This document shows, one piece after another, positions 1 through 9,316 of a stretch of 37,250 nt of DNA (its first letter is position 1; every line of letters begins with the position of its first letter). The DNA is from Chitinophagaceae bacterium. Its GTDB lineage: Bacteria; Bacteroidota; Bacteroidia; Chitinophagales; Chitinophagaceae. A program made the translations under genes and the position numbers. The notes beneath the pieces were generated by a model. The model did not search any database, was not told the DNA's origin, and saw only the letters and a list, made by a program, of their open reading frames with translations. The stretch covers positions 1 through 37,250 of the forward strand of contig JALOMP010000001.1 of the NCBI GenBank assembly GCA_025455365.1, written 5' to 3'.

Positions 1-852
1 CAATATGCATCGAAATACCCGGATCGCATCCGGCTGTACCTGCGGTCTGAAAAAGACAAGGTATTTGTGGATGGGGTAAAAACAAGCCGGTTCAACCTGA
101 TCAGTAACATGCAGGAAGCCAGGGGGAAATACATCGCGCTGATGGATGGAGATGATTACATCATCGATCCGGAAAAATTAAAAAAGCAGGTCCGGTTACT
201 GGAAAGTGACAAATCCCTCAGCTGTTGTTTCCATCGCGTGTATATCGAGGATATCAGGAAGAAAACCGTGCGTGTAAGCGGCAGGAAATTTTATGTAGCC
301 ACCGAGCCTCCGTTGCCGGAACACCGGTGTGTTTTTACCGTGAAGGATGAATTACAGCGTAACCTCATACAGATGTCGAGTGTCATGTTCAGGCGATCAT
401 GCATTGATGACCTGCCCGGGTGGTTCTGGAAGGTTCCCATGATGGATTATCCTTTGCACATCCACAATGCCCTTAAGGGTGATATCGGGTATCTGCCTGA
501 GCCCATGACGGTTTACGTCTGGCATTCAGACAGCATGTTTTCTTCGGCCAGCGCCTTTTTCCAGTACAAAAAACACTGGCAGTTATTTACCACGATGGCA
601 GAAAATACCGATGGCCCCCTGGCTGGCGCGATTCTGTTGAAACGGCACGATATCGGGAACAAGCTGGTGCATTTCTACCGGACACATTTCTGGGAGGACC
701 AGCGCAGGTTTAAGGAGGAATTGGCGAAGAATGCATTTTACGGCGATGCGGCACTGATGACCAGCCTGACCAGGCCGTTGCGGGCAAAAAACTATCTTTC
801 CGGCAGTTACGCGTATGCACGGGATATGGCCAGGAAAGTCCTGAGCCGGTAA
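1..852 (+). CDS. Glycosyltransferase family 2 (5' truncated by window edge)
   Basis: Frame 1 is open from base 1 (QYASKYPDRIRL...). GT-A motif ARGKYIALMDGDD, 'SSVMFRR', and DY motif; lies just upstream of a flippase. Confidence 0.85.
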   Translation, partial: QYASKYPDRIRLYLRSEKDKVFVDGVKTSRFNLISNMQEARGKYIALMDGDDYIIDPEKLKKQVRLLESDKSLSCCFHRVYIEDIRKKTVRVSGRKFYVATEPPLPEHRCVFTVKDELQRNLIQMSSVMFRRSCIDDLPGWFWKVPMMDYPLHIHNALKGDIGYLPEPMTVYVWHSDSMFSSASAFFQYKKHWQLFTTMAENTDGPLAGAILLKRHDIGNKLVHFYRTHFWEDQRRFKEELAKNAFYGDAALMTSLTRPLRAKNYLSGSYAYARDMARKVLSR

Positions 853-874
853 TCATTGTTTTCATGGGTACAGC

Positions 875-2317
875 ATGGTGAAAAATCTGTTATGGGATCT
901 CAGCGGTAAACTCGGGGCGCAAGTCGTTTCCCTGGTGATTTCGCTTGTCCTGACCAGGCTTTTAAGTCCCGAGGAATTCGGGGTGATGGGGATTGCCATG
1001 GTCTTCATCTTTGTTTCCTGGGCTTTCATGGACATGGGCTTCAGCCGGGCCCTGGTGCAAAAGCTCGAAATTACCAGTCAACAGTATTCGTCTGTTTTTT
1101 TTCTGAACCTCCTGATCGGGATCGTTTTGTGCACGTTGTTTTTTTTGCTGGCGGGACCCATTTCCGTTTTTTATAAGCATGCCGGCCTCGAAAGCCTGCT
1201 CAGGGTACTGTCCATTGTGTTTGTGTTGAATGCTATGGCGATTGTGCCGGGTGCGGTGCTTTCGCGCGGGATGAAATTCAAGTTTATTTCCGTCGCGTCC
1301 CTGCTGAGTGCACTCATCTCGGGAATGGTCAGTGTAGTGATGGCCTACCAGGGTTTTGGCATTTGGAGCCTGGTGGTACAGCAGTTGCTGTCTTCCACCC
1401 TTACACTTATTTTTCTTTTTTATTTCAGCCGTTGGAAACCAGTCTTATCCCTCGACCTGCAGGCGATTCGACCATTGTGGAACTATGGGGGCCGGCTGTT
1501 TATGGCTTCCATGCTGGGGAGCCTGGTCAGTCGCCTTGATATATTCATGATCGGAAAATTATACAGTACGGCTACGCTGGGATATTATTCAAGGGCTCAG
1601 TCGTTTGAGAACTTTTTCCGAAACATGAGTACCAACAGCCTGACGGCAGTCTTCTTCCCGGTAGTGTCCAGGCTGCAGGAGAAAAGGGCAGAGCTTACGC
1701 CCATGTACATAAGATACCTGCACATTACCGCCTTTGTATCGGCCGGTCTCGTTGGGATACTGTTCCTCGTGACATCCGATTTGTTTGTGGTCCTGTTCAC
1801 CGCGAAATGGAGCCAGGCGGCGGAATATTTCCAATTGATGATCATGGCGGGTTTTGGATGGCCGCTCAGTGCTTTAATCCTCACGCTGATCGCTGCATTG
1901 GGTAATGCCCGCACCTATCTCAACCTGGAAATTTTCAGGACGGTGGTATTGGTTCCTGTCATGGTTTTTGGTATTTACGCCGGTATATATGCATTCCTGG
2001 CGGCCATGGTCGTCGTTCGCTTTGCATTTTTGGCTGTCAACCTGTATTTCGTCAGTAAGGAACTGAAACTCCCGGTGCTTAGGCAACTGCGCATCGTTGG
2101 AACATACCTGGGGGGAGCCGTGATGGCTGTTTCGGTGTCCATGGTCATGGACTATGTTCTGAAGCCGGGAGGGCATTTGGCCAGGGTTATATTACTCGGA
2201 ACTTCCTTTTCACTGGTTTACCTGCTGTTTCAATACATGCTAAAGACGGAAGCCCTGCGCGAAATGCAGTCGGTCATTCCGAAAATCAGGGAATACCAGC
2301 GTGGAAAACGGACATAG
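875..2317 (+). CDS. wzx: Polysaccharide flippase (Wzx/WzxC-like, MOP superfamily)
   Basis: 480 aa with many hydrophobic segments. 'LTRLLSPEEFG', 'DMGFSRALVQ', 'GFGIWSLVVQQL' and 'IGKLYSTATLGYYSRA' are typical of WzxC-type proteins. Confidence 0.85.
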   Translation: MVKNLLWDLSGKLGAQVVSLVISLVLTRLLSPEEFGVMGIAMVFIFVSWAFMDMGFSRALVQKLEITSQQYSSVFFLNLLIGIVLCTLFFLLAGPISVFYKHAGLESLLRVLSIVFVLNAMAIVPGAVLSRGMKFKFISVASLLSALISGMVSVVMAYQGFGIWSLVVQQLLSSTLTLIFLFYFSRWKPVLSLDLQAIRPLWNYGGRLFMASMLGSLVSRLDIFMIGKLYSTATLGYYSRAQSFENFFRNMSTNSLTAVFFPVVSRLQEKRAELTPMYIRYLHITAFVSAGLVGILFLVTSDLFVVLFTAKWSQAAEYFQLMIMAGFGWPLSALILTLIAALGNARTYLNLEIFRTVVLVPVMVFGIYAGIYAFLAAMVVVRFAFLAVNLYFVSKELKLPVLRQLRIVGTYLGGAVMAVSVSMVMDYVLKPGGHLARVILLGTSFSLVYLLFQYMLKTEALREMQSVIPKIREYQRGKRT

Positions 2318-2516
2318 TGGAAGGAATCCAACGCTGAGCGGCCCGGGCCCATGCATCTTTTTCCCGGTTTTACTCCGGGGGTATTAAGCCCGATACCTGG
2401 TGACTGACCTGGGGTGGAAACACGGCGTATTGGTGGAAAAAATGGGTGGAATTCCGGTCTTTTAATCGTTCACCTGGCTTCCCGATGGCCGAACTTGCAG
2501 CTATAAATTCTATGCA

Positions 2517-2942
2517 ATGATTAAGTTACAAGTTATCGGGCACCTCGGCAAGGATTGCACCACCAACACGGTGAGCGGGAAGAATGTCATCAATTTCAAT
2601 GTGGCACACTCCGAACGATATAAAGACGCCCAGGGAAACCAGCAGGAAAGGACCACCTGGGTGGAATGTGCGTATTGGACGGAAAGGGTGGCCATCGCCC
2701 CTTACCTTAAAAAGGGCCAGCTGGTATATGTGGAAGGAAGCCCGGAGGTTCGTACGTTCACCCGTAACGACGGGAGTTCCGGCGCGTCCCTGACCCTGCG
2801 TGTACTGAATGTCCAGCTCCTGGGCAGCGCCCGTGGTGGTGAAAGCCAGGAGGGGCAAGGATTCGCCCAGCGCGGGCAGCTTGATGCGCCGAAGGTGGAA
2901 TCACCGGAAGTCAGTTCCGTGGAAGATGACCTTCCTTTCTAA
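2517..2942 (+). CDS. ssb: Single-stranded DNA-binding protein
   Basis: OB-fold motifs (VIGHLGKD, YLKKGQLVYVEG) and the acidic C-terminal tail DDLPF. Confidence 0.95.
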   Translation: MIKLQVIGHLGKDCTTNTVSGKNVINFNVAHSERYKDAQGNQQERTTWVECAYWTERVAIAPYLKKGQLVYVEGSPEVRTFTRNDGSSGASLTLRVLNVQLLGSARGGESQEGQGFAQRGQLDAPKVESPEVSSVEDDLPF

Positions 2943-2959
2943 ACCTTGGTAGATTATTG

Positions 2960-3026
2960 GCGGAGCAACGGTGCGTTACGGTCCGGATACGGATGCGATT
3001 CGTGCGGTTGCTCCGCTTCTTTCTTT
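2960..3026 (+). terminator. Probable intrinsic terminator after ssb (long hairpin)
   Basis: GCGGAGCAAC (2960-2969) is the exact reverse complement of GTTGCTCCGC (3007-3016), followed by TTCTTTCTTT. There is an inner TCCG-GATA-CGGA hairpin. Confidence 0.6.
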
Positions 3027-3063
3027 ACGGCGAAGGTGTTTAATCGCATTGGGTGCTTCAACA

Positions 3064-3071
3064 TATTTTTG
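3064..3071 (+). promoter_or_regulatory. Bacteroidota sigma -7 box (TATTTTTG)
   Basis: Exact TAnnTTTG, 4 nt before the ATG at 3076. Confidence 0.65.
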
Positions 3072-3075
3072 CGCA

Positions 3076-4152
3076 ATGGAAAAGAATATCCCGTACGACA
3101 GGCTGGCGCGGTTCACGGAAGCCATATTCACGGCGATGGGTTGCCCCGAAGGCGATGCGGTTAAGGCTGCAGAAGCCTTGCTGAGTGCCGACCTCCGCGG
3201 CATTGATTCCCATGGTGTTGCCCGATTATCCGGTTATGTGAGGTTGTGGGAAGCGGGGCGGATTATCGCCAAACCGGATATCCGGGTTATTCATGAAAGC
3301 CCCTCTACGGCGGTGGTGGATGGCGGTTCCGGGCTGGGCCTCGTAGTGGCGCCATTCGCGATGGACCTGGCGATCAAAAAGGCGGCGCAGGCCGGTACCG
3401 GCTGGGTGAGTGTACAGAACAGCAACCATTTTGGTATCGCCGCTTATCACGCGATGATGGCGCTCCCTCATGACATGATTGGAATCGCCATGACCAATGC
3501 CAGCGCCCTGGTGGCGCCCACCTGGAGCAGGGAACGCATGCTGGGTACCAATCCCATCTGTGTGGCGATACCTGCGGGGAAATATCCTCCTTTTGTAGCT
3601 GATTTCGCCACCACCACAGCAGCCAATGGCAAGCTGGAGATATTGCAACGTAAAAACCTGGAAGCCCCTGTTGGATGGATCCAGGATGCGGAGGGGCAGT
3701 CCGTGACGGATGCCCATGCGTTGAAGCAGGGTGGCGCCTTACTGCCGCTCGGCGGTGATCGTGAACACGGCTCTCACAAGGGCTACGCCCTGGGGTCCAT
3801 CGTTGACATATTCTCGGCGGTGCTCAGCGGGGCCAACTACGGTCCCTGGGTGCCTCCTTTTCCCGCGTATGTGCCCATGCCCGAGAACCAGCCGGGAAAA
3901 GGCATCGGGCATTTCTTCGGGGCGATGCGCATCGATGCTTTCCGGACGGCAGAAGCATTTCGCAAGGACATGGATCAGTGGATTGAACGTTTCCGCAATG
4001 CCAAACCGGTGCAAGGACAGGACAGGGTACTGATACCCGGCGATCCGGAACGGGAATTTGAAAGCCTCCGCAGAAAGGAAGGGATTCCCTTGCTCGATTC
4101 GGTCATGGAAGATTTACAAAACACCGGTCGCAAATTCGCGATCAATCTCTAA
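3076..4152 (+). CDS. Ldh_2 family (malate/L-lactate/sulfolactate-type) oxidoreductase
   Basis: ADLRGIDSHGV, NSNHFG, LGTNPI, HKGYAL and VLIPGDPE motifs. Start moved from 2971 to ATG 3076 (MEKNIPY), which follows the promoter box and the upstream terminator. Confidence 0.9.
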   Translation: MEKNIPYDRLARFTEAIFTAMGCPEGDAVKAAEALLSADLRGIDSHGVARLSGYVRLWEAGRIIAKPDIRVIHESPSTAVVDGGSGLGLVVAPFAMDLAIKKAAQAGTGWVSVQNSNHFGIAAYHAMMALPHDMIGIAMTNASALVAPTWSRERMLGTNPICVAIPAGKYPPFVADFATTTAANGKLEILQRKNLEAPVGWIQDAEGQSVTDAHALKQGGALLPLGGDREHGSHKGYALGSIVDIFSAVLSGANYGPWVPPFPAYVPMPENQPGKGIGHFFGAMRIDAFRTAEAFRKDMDQWIERFRNAKPVQGQDRVLIPGDPEREFESLRRKEGIPLLDSVMEDLQNTGRKFAINL

Positions 4153-4241
4153 ATTCGCGTTCCGTTTACCACGGCTTTCCTGCCTGCATGTGCGGGGCCG
4201 GAATGTTTCCCGATCGCTTCCTTTAAAGCCCTGTTCACACC

Positions 4242-5564
4242 ATGAAGATCATGAAGTTTGGCGGCACTTCCGTGGGAAGGCCGGACAGAATGCACCATGT
4301 AGCAACACTCATTACGCGCGATGAGGAACCGAAAATTGTTGTTCTCAGCGCGCTGAGCGGAACCACCAACGCGCTGGTCTCTATCGGCGAAGCCATGTCC
4401 CAGGGCGATAAAGACCTGGCGAAACAACAGATAGATAAACTGTCTTCCCATTACGACCAGTTCATACAGGACCTGCTGGTGGATGAGCGTTTCCGGCAGA
4501 AGGCAAAAGCGGTGATCGCCGAGCATTTCGAATTCCTGCAGATCATCCTGAAAATTTCCTTCAACGAGGCGCTCAACAAAGACATCCTCGCCCAGGGGGA
4601 ACTCATGAGCACCAAGATGTTCAGCATCTACCTGGAACAGCAGGGGATTGACCACGTGCTGCTGCCCGCGTTGGAATTCATGAACATCGATTTCAACGAC
4701 GAACCGCAGATCGGCACCATCCGGGTTAAGCTCAACCAGTTGTTGCAACAGAATCCCCAATGCAAACTGTTTATCACGCAGGGATATATCAGCCGGAACG
4801 CCCGCGGGGAAGTGGATAACCTCAAGCGCGGCGGCAGCGACTATTCCGCCTCGCTCATTTCGGCGGCGGTCAATGCCAGTGTATGTGAGATATGGACGGA
4901 TATTGATGGTATGCACAACAACGATCCAAGGGTTGTAAAGAAAACCTTTCCCATCGAACAGCTCAGTTTCGACGAGGCTGCCGAGCTTGCCTATTTTGGC
5001 GCCAAGATCCTGCACCCGGCATCCATCTGGCCGGCCCAGCAATACAAGATTCCCGTGAAGCTCCTCAATACGATGGAGCCGGAAGCAAAAGGCACCCTGA
5101 TACAAGAGGAAGCAGGATCCGTGGGGGTGAAGGCTGTGGCGGCCAAGGATGGCATCACCGTGGTGAAGATTAAGAGCAGCCGCATGCTGCTGGCCTATGG
5201 CTTCCTGCGTAAAATATTCGAGGTCTTCGAGAAATACAGGACCCCGATTGACATGATCACCACCTCTGAAGTGGCGGTATCGCTGACCATCGACAACGAC
5301 GCATCCCTGCCTGCCATCCTGCGGGAACTGGAACCTTTCGGGGATGTGGAAGTGACCCGGGACCAGTCCATCATCGCCATTGTAGGCAACGAGATCGCCC
5401 AGACGAAGGACCTGCTTGGAAGGCTGTTCATGGCACTGTCGCCGGTACCTGTCCGCATGGTCAGTTACGGCGGGAGCGCCCATAACATTTCCGTCCTCAT
5501 CCCGGGGCAGTACAAGAACCAGACCCTGCAGTTGCTGAACAGCGGCATCTTCGGCCTGGAATAA
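4242..5564 (+). CDS. lysC: Aspartate kinase (monofunctional, ACT domains)
   Basis: MKFGGTSVG, RGGSDYSA, IWTDIDG, ELAYFGAKILHP, ITTSEVAVSLT. Confidence 0.95.
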   Translation: MKIMKFGGTSVGRPDRMHHVATLITRDEEPKIVVLSALSGTTNALVSIGEAMSQGDKDLAKQQIDKLSSHYDQFIQDLLVDERFRQKAKAVIAEHFEFLQIILKISFNEALNKDILAQGELMSTKMFSIYLEQQGIDHVLLPALEFMNIDFNDEPQIGTIRVKLNQLLQQNPQCKLFITQGYISRNARGEVDNLKRGGSDYSASLISAAVNASVCEIWTDIDGMHNNDPRVVKKTFPIEQLSFDEAAELAYFGAKILHPASIWPAQQYKIPVKLLNTMEPEAKGTLIQEEAGSVGVKAVAAKDGITVVKIKSSRMLLAYGFLRKIFEVFEKYRTPIDMITTSEVAVSLTIDNDASLPAILRELEPFGDVEVTRDQSIIAIVGNEIAQTKDLLGRLFMALSPVPVRMVSYGGSAHNISVLIPGQYKNQTLQLLNSGIFGLE

Positions 5565-5566
5565 CG

Positions 5567-7249
5567 CTAGCGTATGGTCAGGGGCATGTTGCGGATCGTG
5601 TCTGCTTCCGCGGATTCCAGGAGAAAGTCGGCAGCCGCATAAATCAGCGACTTATTTGAGGAGTAGAGTTCCCGGTTCATATTCTGGAGGGTGGAGATAT
5701 CCTTATCCGGCATGGCATTGGCTTCCGCTTTTTCATATATGCCAGACAGCAGTTCCTTGTATTCCATCTGAATATCACCAATCAGCGTACTGAGTCCGTC
5801 CATGATCGAACCATGCGCTTCCATGGCAAGGATCTCACTGAGCCTGCACAGGTTGTTCCGGACGATCTGGCTGAATTCCCGAAACTGCCCGAATTTAATA
5901 TCATTGCCAGACTGCAGGAGTTCTTCTTTGTTATGGTTGATATCCTTGAAGCCCTTCGCGGCATACATCGCCGAATGGGCCGATTTCATCAGCTGGTTCA
6001 TCTGGCTGAGGTCTTCGGGATGCGCAGATTGCTTCTGCATCTTCACATAATATTCGATCAGTTCTCCATGCGCTTTTTTGATGTCCGCGTATCGCTCTTC
6101 AAGGTCGTGGTAGCTTTCTTCTTTTTCTTTTTCCTTACCGGCGAACAATGGTTGCAGGCCGGCTTCCGTGGTATCCACCTGGAATTCGGCCGCATGATAA
6201 GCCATGACCCTTTTCAGGAAATAGAATGACTCCAGCCGGAAGATCTCCTGCGCGAAAGCCGGCAGGGCCGGGACGTCCGCGTCCGCATAGATCGTCGCGC
6301 GGTTGTTGCGGGCGGCAAATTTCTTTTCAAGCCAGCGGGAAACCGGCCCCAATACGGGAAAAAACAGGACGGCAGCCGCCAGGTTGATCACCATCTGGAA
6401 AGCAACCAGGCCCAGGAGAGGATTGTCAATGCCGATCCATTCCTGCACCAGGGAAATGATCGGGTACAGGAAAACAAATGCCAGTATGGTGGTAACGAAG
6501 TTGAGCAGGATATTTCCGGCCGCCAGTTGTTTCTTTTCGGCCGATCCCCCAACGGCAGCCAACACCAGTTTGAGGGAAGTGCCCAGCTCAGACCCTATGA
6601 TGACTGCCGCGGCGAGCGGAAAAGGAATGACGTTCGCGTATAATGCGCTCAGGGTAATGGCCATGGTCGCATTACTGCTTTGTATCAGGAAAGTGATCAC
6701 GAAACCAATGATGACGAAAAATATCGGTGGGAGATCCCGGTAGCGGGTGAAATCAAAATGTTCAACGGAAGCCAGCATGCCGGTTTTCATCAGACCCAGC
6801 GCGATGAACAGGAAGCTCAACCCGATGGCGAAGAACAGGGCCTGTTCCCATTTTTTCCGCTTCTGCATCACGGCCAGCAGGATGCCTGTGGCGCCGAGCA
6901 GTACATACCAGAATACGTCCAGGTTCAGGGAGAATCCAAGGGTAGCTACGATCCAGTTTGAGATCGTGGTGCCGATATTGGCGCCAAGGACCACGGCCAG
7001 GGCATTGACCATCCGGATCAGGCCGCTTCCCACAAATGCAAGGGTCATAAAGGAAACGACGGAACTGCTTTGTAAAAGGGCGGTGGTGACGGTGCCGCTG
7101 AGCAAGGCGCGCGCATTGTTGGCGGTATTCCGGCGCAACAGCAGTTTAAAATCCCTGCCGGCCAGGTGTGCGAGGGCCGTCTCCATTAGGTACATGCCAA
7201 TCAGGAACAGCCCAACCCCGCCAAATACCAGCCAAATTTTTGTATCCAT
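5567..7249 (-). CDS. Na+/Pi cotransporter family protein with helical (PhoU-like) C-terminus
   Basis: Duplicated QSSS / QSSNA motifs, GANIGTT, hydrophobic N-terminal half and soluble helical C-terminal half. Confidence 0.9.
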   Translation of the reverse strand: MDTKIWLVFGGVGLFLIGMYLMETALAHLAGRDFKLLLRRNTANNARALLSGTVTTALLQSSSVVSFMTLAFVGSGLIRMVNALAVVLGANIGTTISNWIVATLGFSLNLDVFWYVLLGATGILLAVMQKRKKWEQALFFAIGLSFLFIALGLMKTGMLASVEHFDFTRYRDLPPIFFVIIGFVITFLIQSSNATMAITLSALYANVIPFPLAAAVIIGSELGTSLKLVLAAVGGSAEKKQLAAGNILLNFVTTILAFVFLYPIISLVQEWIGIDNPLLGLVAFQMVINLAAAVLFFPVLGPVSRWLEKKFAARNNRATIYADADVPALPAFAQEIFRLESFYFLKRVMAYHAAEFQVDTTEAGLQPLFAGKEKEKEESYHDLEERYADIKKAHGELIEYYVKMQKQSAHPEDLSQMNQLMKSAHSAMYAAKGFKDINHNKEELLQSGNDIKFGQFREFSQIVRNNLCRLSEILAMEAHGSIMDGLSTLIGDIQMEYKELLSGIYEKAEANAMPDKDISTLQNMNRELYSSNKSLIYAAADFLLESAEADTIRNMPLTIR

Positions 7250-7285
7250 CCTATATGAATAGGCTGAAAAATACGCCTATAAAGA

Positions 7286-8335
7286 TCAGATCACCAGCAT
7301 CGCATCGCCGTAGCTGAAGAACCGGTATTTGTCCTTGATGGCTTTCTTATACGCTTCCATGGTCAGCTCATATCCTGCAAACGCACATGTCATGATCAGG
7401 AGACTGGTTTTGGGAAGATGGAAGTTGGTGATCAGGGCATCTGATATCGAGAAATTGTAGGGAGGGTGAATAAAGATATTGGTCCATCCCTCCGAAGGTT
7501 TCAGCAGTTTTTCCGCCGTAAAGGAAGTCTCAAGGGCGCGCATGGTAGTGGTACCCACGGAACAAATCCGGTGTCCTTCGGTCTTGGCCTTGTTTACAAT
7601 CTTGCAGGCAAGGTCATCGATCCGGTAATATTCCGCATCCATCTTGTGCTTGCTCAGGTCTTCCACTTCTATGGGGCGGAAGGTGCCCAGCCCGGTGTGC
7701 AGTGTCACTTCGGCAAAGCGAATTCCCTGGATCTCCAGGCGTTTGATCAGCTCTATGCTGAAATGAAGGCCGGCCGTAGGCGCAGCAACGGCGCCTTCAT
7801 GCTTGGCGTACACGGTCTGGTAGCGTTCACGATCTTCCTCATCGGGTTTACGCTTGATGTATTTGGGCAGCGGGGTTTCGCCCAGGCTGTTGAGGATCTT
7901 TTTGAATTCTTCTTCCGGTCCATCAAACAGGAAACGGATGGTCCGCCCGCGCGATGTGGTATTGTCGATTACTTCAGCCACCAGGTCGTCGGTATCGCCA
8001 AAATATAATTTGTTGCCTACGCGGATCTTACGGGCCGGATCGACAATTACATCCCAAAGGCGGTTCTGCTTGTTGAGTTCGCGCAGCAGGAACACTTCAA
8101 TCTTGGCGCCGGTTTTTTCCTTGCGGCCATACATGCGCGCGGGAAATACTTTCGTATTGTTGACAACGAAGACATCCTTGTCTTCGAAGTAATCCATCAC
8201 ATCCCGAAAATGACGGTTCTCAATCTGGCCGGTGGCACGGTGCACGACCATCATGCGGGCGTCTTCTCTTTTCTTGGCGGGATGTTGGGCGATCAGGTTA
8301 AGGGGAAGATCGAAACGGAACTGGGATAATTTCAT
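7286..8335 (-). CDS. queA: S-adenosylmethionine:tRNA ribosyltransferase-isomerase
   Basis: [64 protein letters not shown]. Confidence 0.97.
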   Translation of the reverse strand: MKLSQFRFDLPLNLIAQHPAKKREDARMMVVHRATGQIENRHFRDVMDYFEDKDVFVVNNTKVFPARMYGRKEKTGAKIEVFLLRELNKQNRLWDVIVDPARKIRVGNKLYFGDTDDLVAEVIDNTTSRGRTIRFLFDGPEEEFKKILNSLGETPLPKYIKRKPDEEDRERYQTVYAKHEGAVAAPTAGLHFSIELIKRLEIQGIRFAEVTLHTGLGTFRPIEVEDLSKHKMDAEYYRIDDLACKIVNKAKTEGHRICSVGTTTMRALETSFTAEKLLKPSEGWTNIFIHPPYNFSISDALITNFHLPKTSLLIMTCAFAGYELTMEAYKKAIKDKYRFFSYGDAMLVI

Positions 8336-8452
8336 GAACGGTGACTTTACATTTCAAGCCTCATGAAACAAACCCATGTGAACACCGGAAGATTCGGCTG
8401 CAAACCTGATCTTACGGTATCAGATTTGTTCCTGAGCGGCTGATTTAGCCGG

Positions 8453-8482
8453 CAAAGGTAGTAAAAAAAACGTCCCGGCAAA
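8453..8482 (-). promoter_or_regulatory. Bacteroidota promoter for queA (-7 TACCTTTG, -33 TTTG)
   Basis: Minus strand: TTTG (8482-8479), 18-nt spacer, TACCTTTG (8460-8453). Confidence 0.7.
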
Positions 8483-8493
8483 TTTTTTTCCGT

Positions 8494-9264
8494 CTAAAAC
8501 CGGAGGTGCCGGACCGTCAACCCATCGTTGATCAGTTGTTTGAGGGAATCGATCCCGATCTTAAGGTGTTTTTCCACGTAGGTGGAAGTCACCTGTTTAT
8601 CGCTCTCTTCGGTTTTTACACCCTCCGGCGTCATGGGCTGGTCGCTGACCAGCAGCAGCGCTCCCGTGGGGATCTTATTGAAAAAGCCCACGGAGAAGAT
8701 GGTTGCTGTTTCCATGTCGATGGCATAGGCCCTTATTTTCTGGAGGTAGTCCTTAAAGGCTTCATCGTGTTCCCAAACCCGTCGGTTGGTGGTATACACG
8801 GTACCGGTCCAATAGTCCACTTCATTGTCCCGGATCGTGGTGGATATGGCTTTTTGAAGGGCGAAAGCGGGAAGGGCGGGCACCTCCGGAGGGAAATAAT
8901 CGTTTGAAGTACCTTCCCCGCGTATGGCGGCGATCGGAAGGATCAGGTCGCCCAGCTTGTTGCGTTTTTTCAGGCCCCCGCATTTACCCAGGAAGAGTAC
9001 GGCTTTGGGGCTGATGGCGGTCAGGAGGTCCATGATCGTAGCGGCCGTGGGGCTTCCCATGCCAAAATTGATGATCGTTATGCCCTCCGCGGTGGCGCAT
9101 TGCATGGGTTTGTCCTGCCCGATGATGGGTACTTTATGCCAGGAGGCAAACATCTGGACATAATTGGAAAAATTGGTGAGCAGGATATAGTCTCCGAATT
9201 GGTCCAGGGTTGCGCCCGTGTAGCGGGGCAGCCAGTTCTTGACGATCTCTTCCTTGTTATTCAT
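8494..9264 (-). CDS. amn: AMP nucleosidase (short Bacteroidota type, PNP/UDP phosphorylase fold)
   Basis: NWLPRYTG, ILLTNF, INFGMGSPTAA, FLGKCGGL, AIDMETAT, ALLLVSDQP. Confidence 0.9.
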   Translation of the reverse strand: MNNKEEIVKNWLPRYTGATLDQFGDYILLTNFSNYVQMFASWHKVPIIGQDKPMQCATAEGITIINFGMGSPTAATIMDLLTAISPKAVLFLGKCGGLKKRNKLGDLILPIAAIRGEGTSNDYFPPEVPALPAFALQKAISTTIRDNEVDYWTGTVYTTNRRVWEHDEAFKDYLQKIRAYAIDMETATIFSVGFFNKIPTGALLLVSDQPMTPEGVKTEESDKQVTSTYVEKHLKIGIDSLKQLINDGLTVRHLRF

Positions 9265-9316
9265 ATGGCCTTCGCTTCAGTTATAATCGTATAAAATTAG
9301 GGATTACTTTGCAGGC

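Noticed and set aside
2971-3075. N-terminal extensions in the ORF track (also 13859, 16160, 22015, 28194)
   Set aside because: They run across terminators, promoters or neighbouring genes. Downstream ATGs match the family N-termini.
4153-4241. Possible lysine riboswitch before lysC
   Set aside because: Only 89 nt are available and no L-box features are visible.
4149-5483. 444-aa ORF antisense to lysC
   Set aside because: Fully shadows a well-supported gene and has no recognisable motifs. Long antisense frames are expected from this codon bias.
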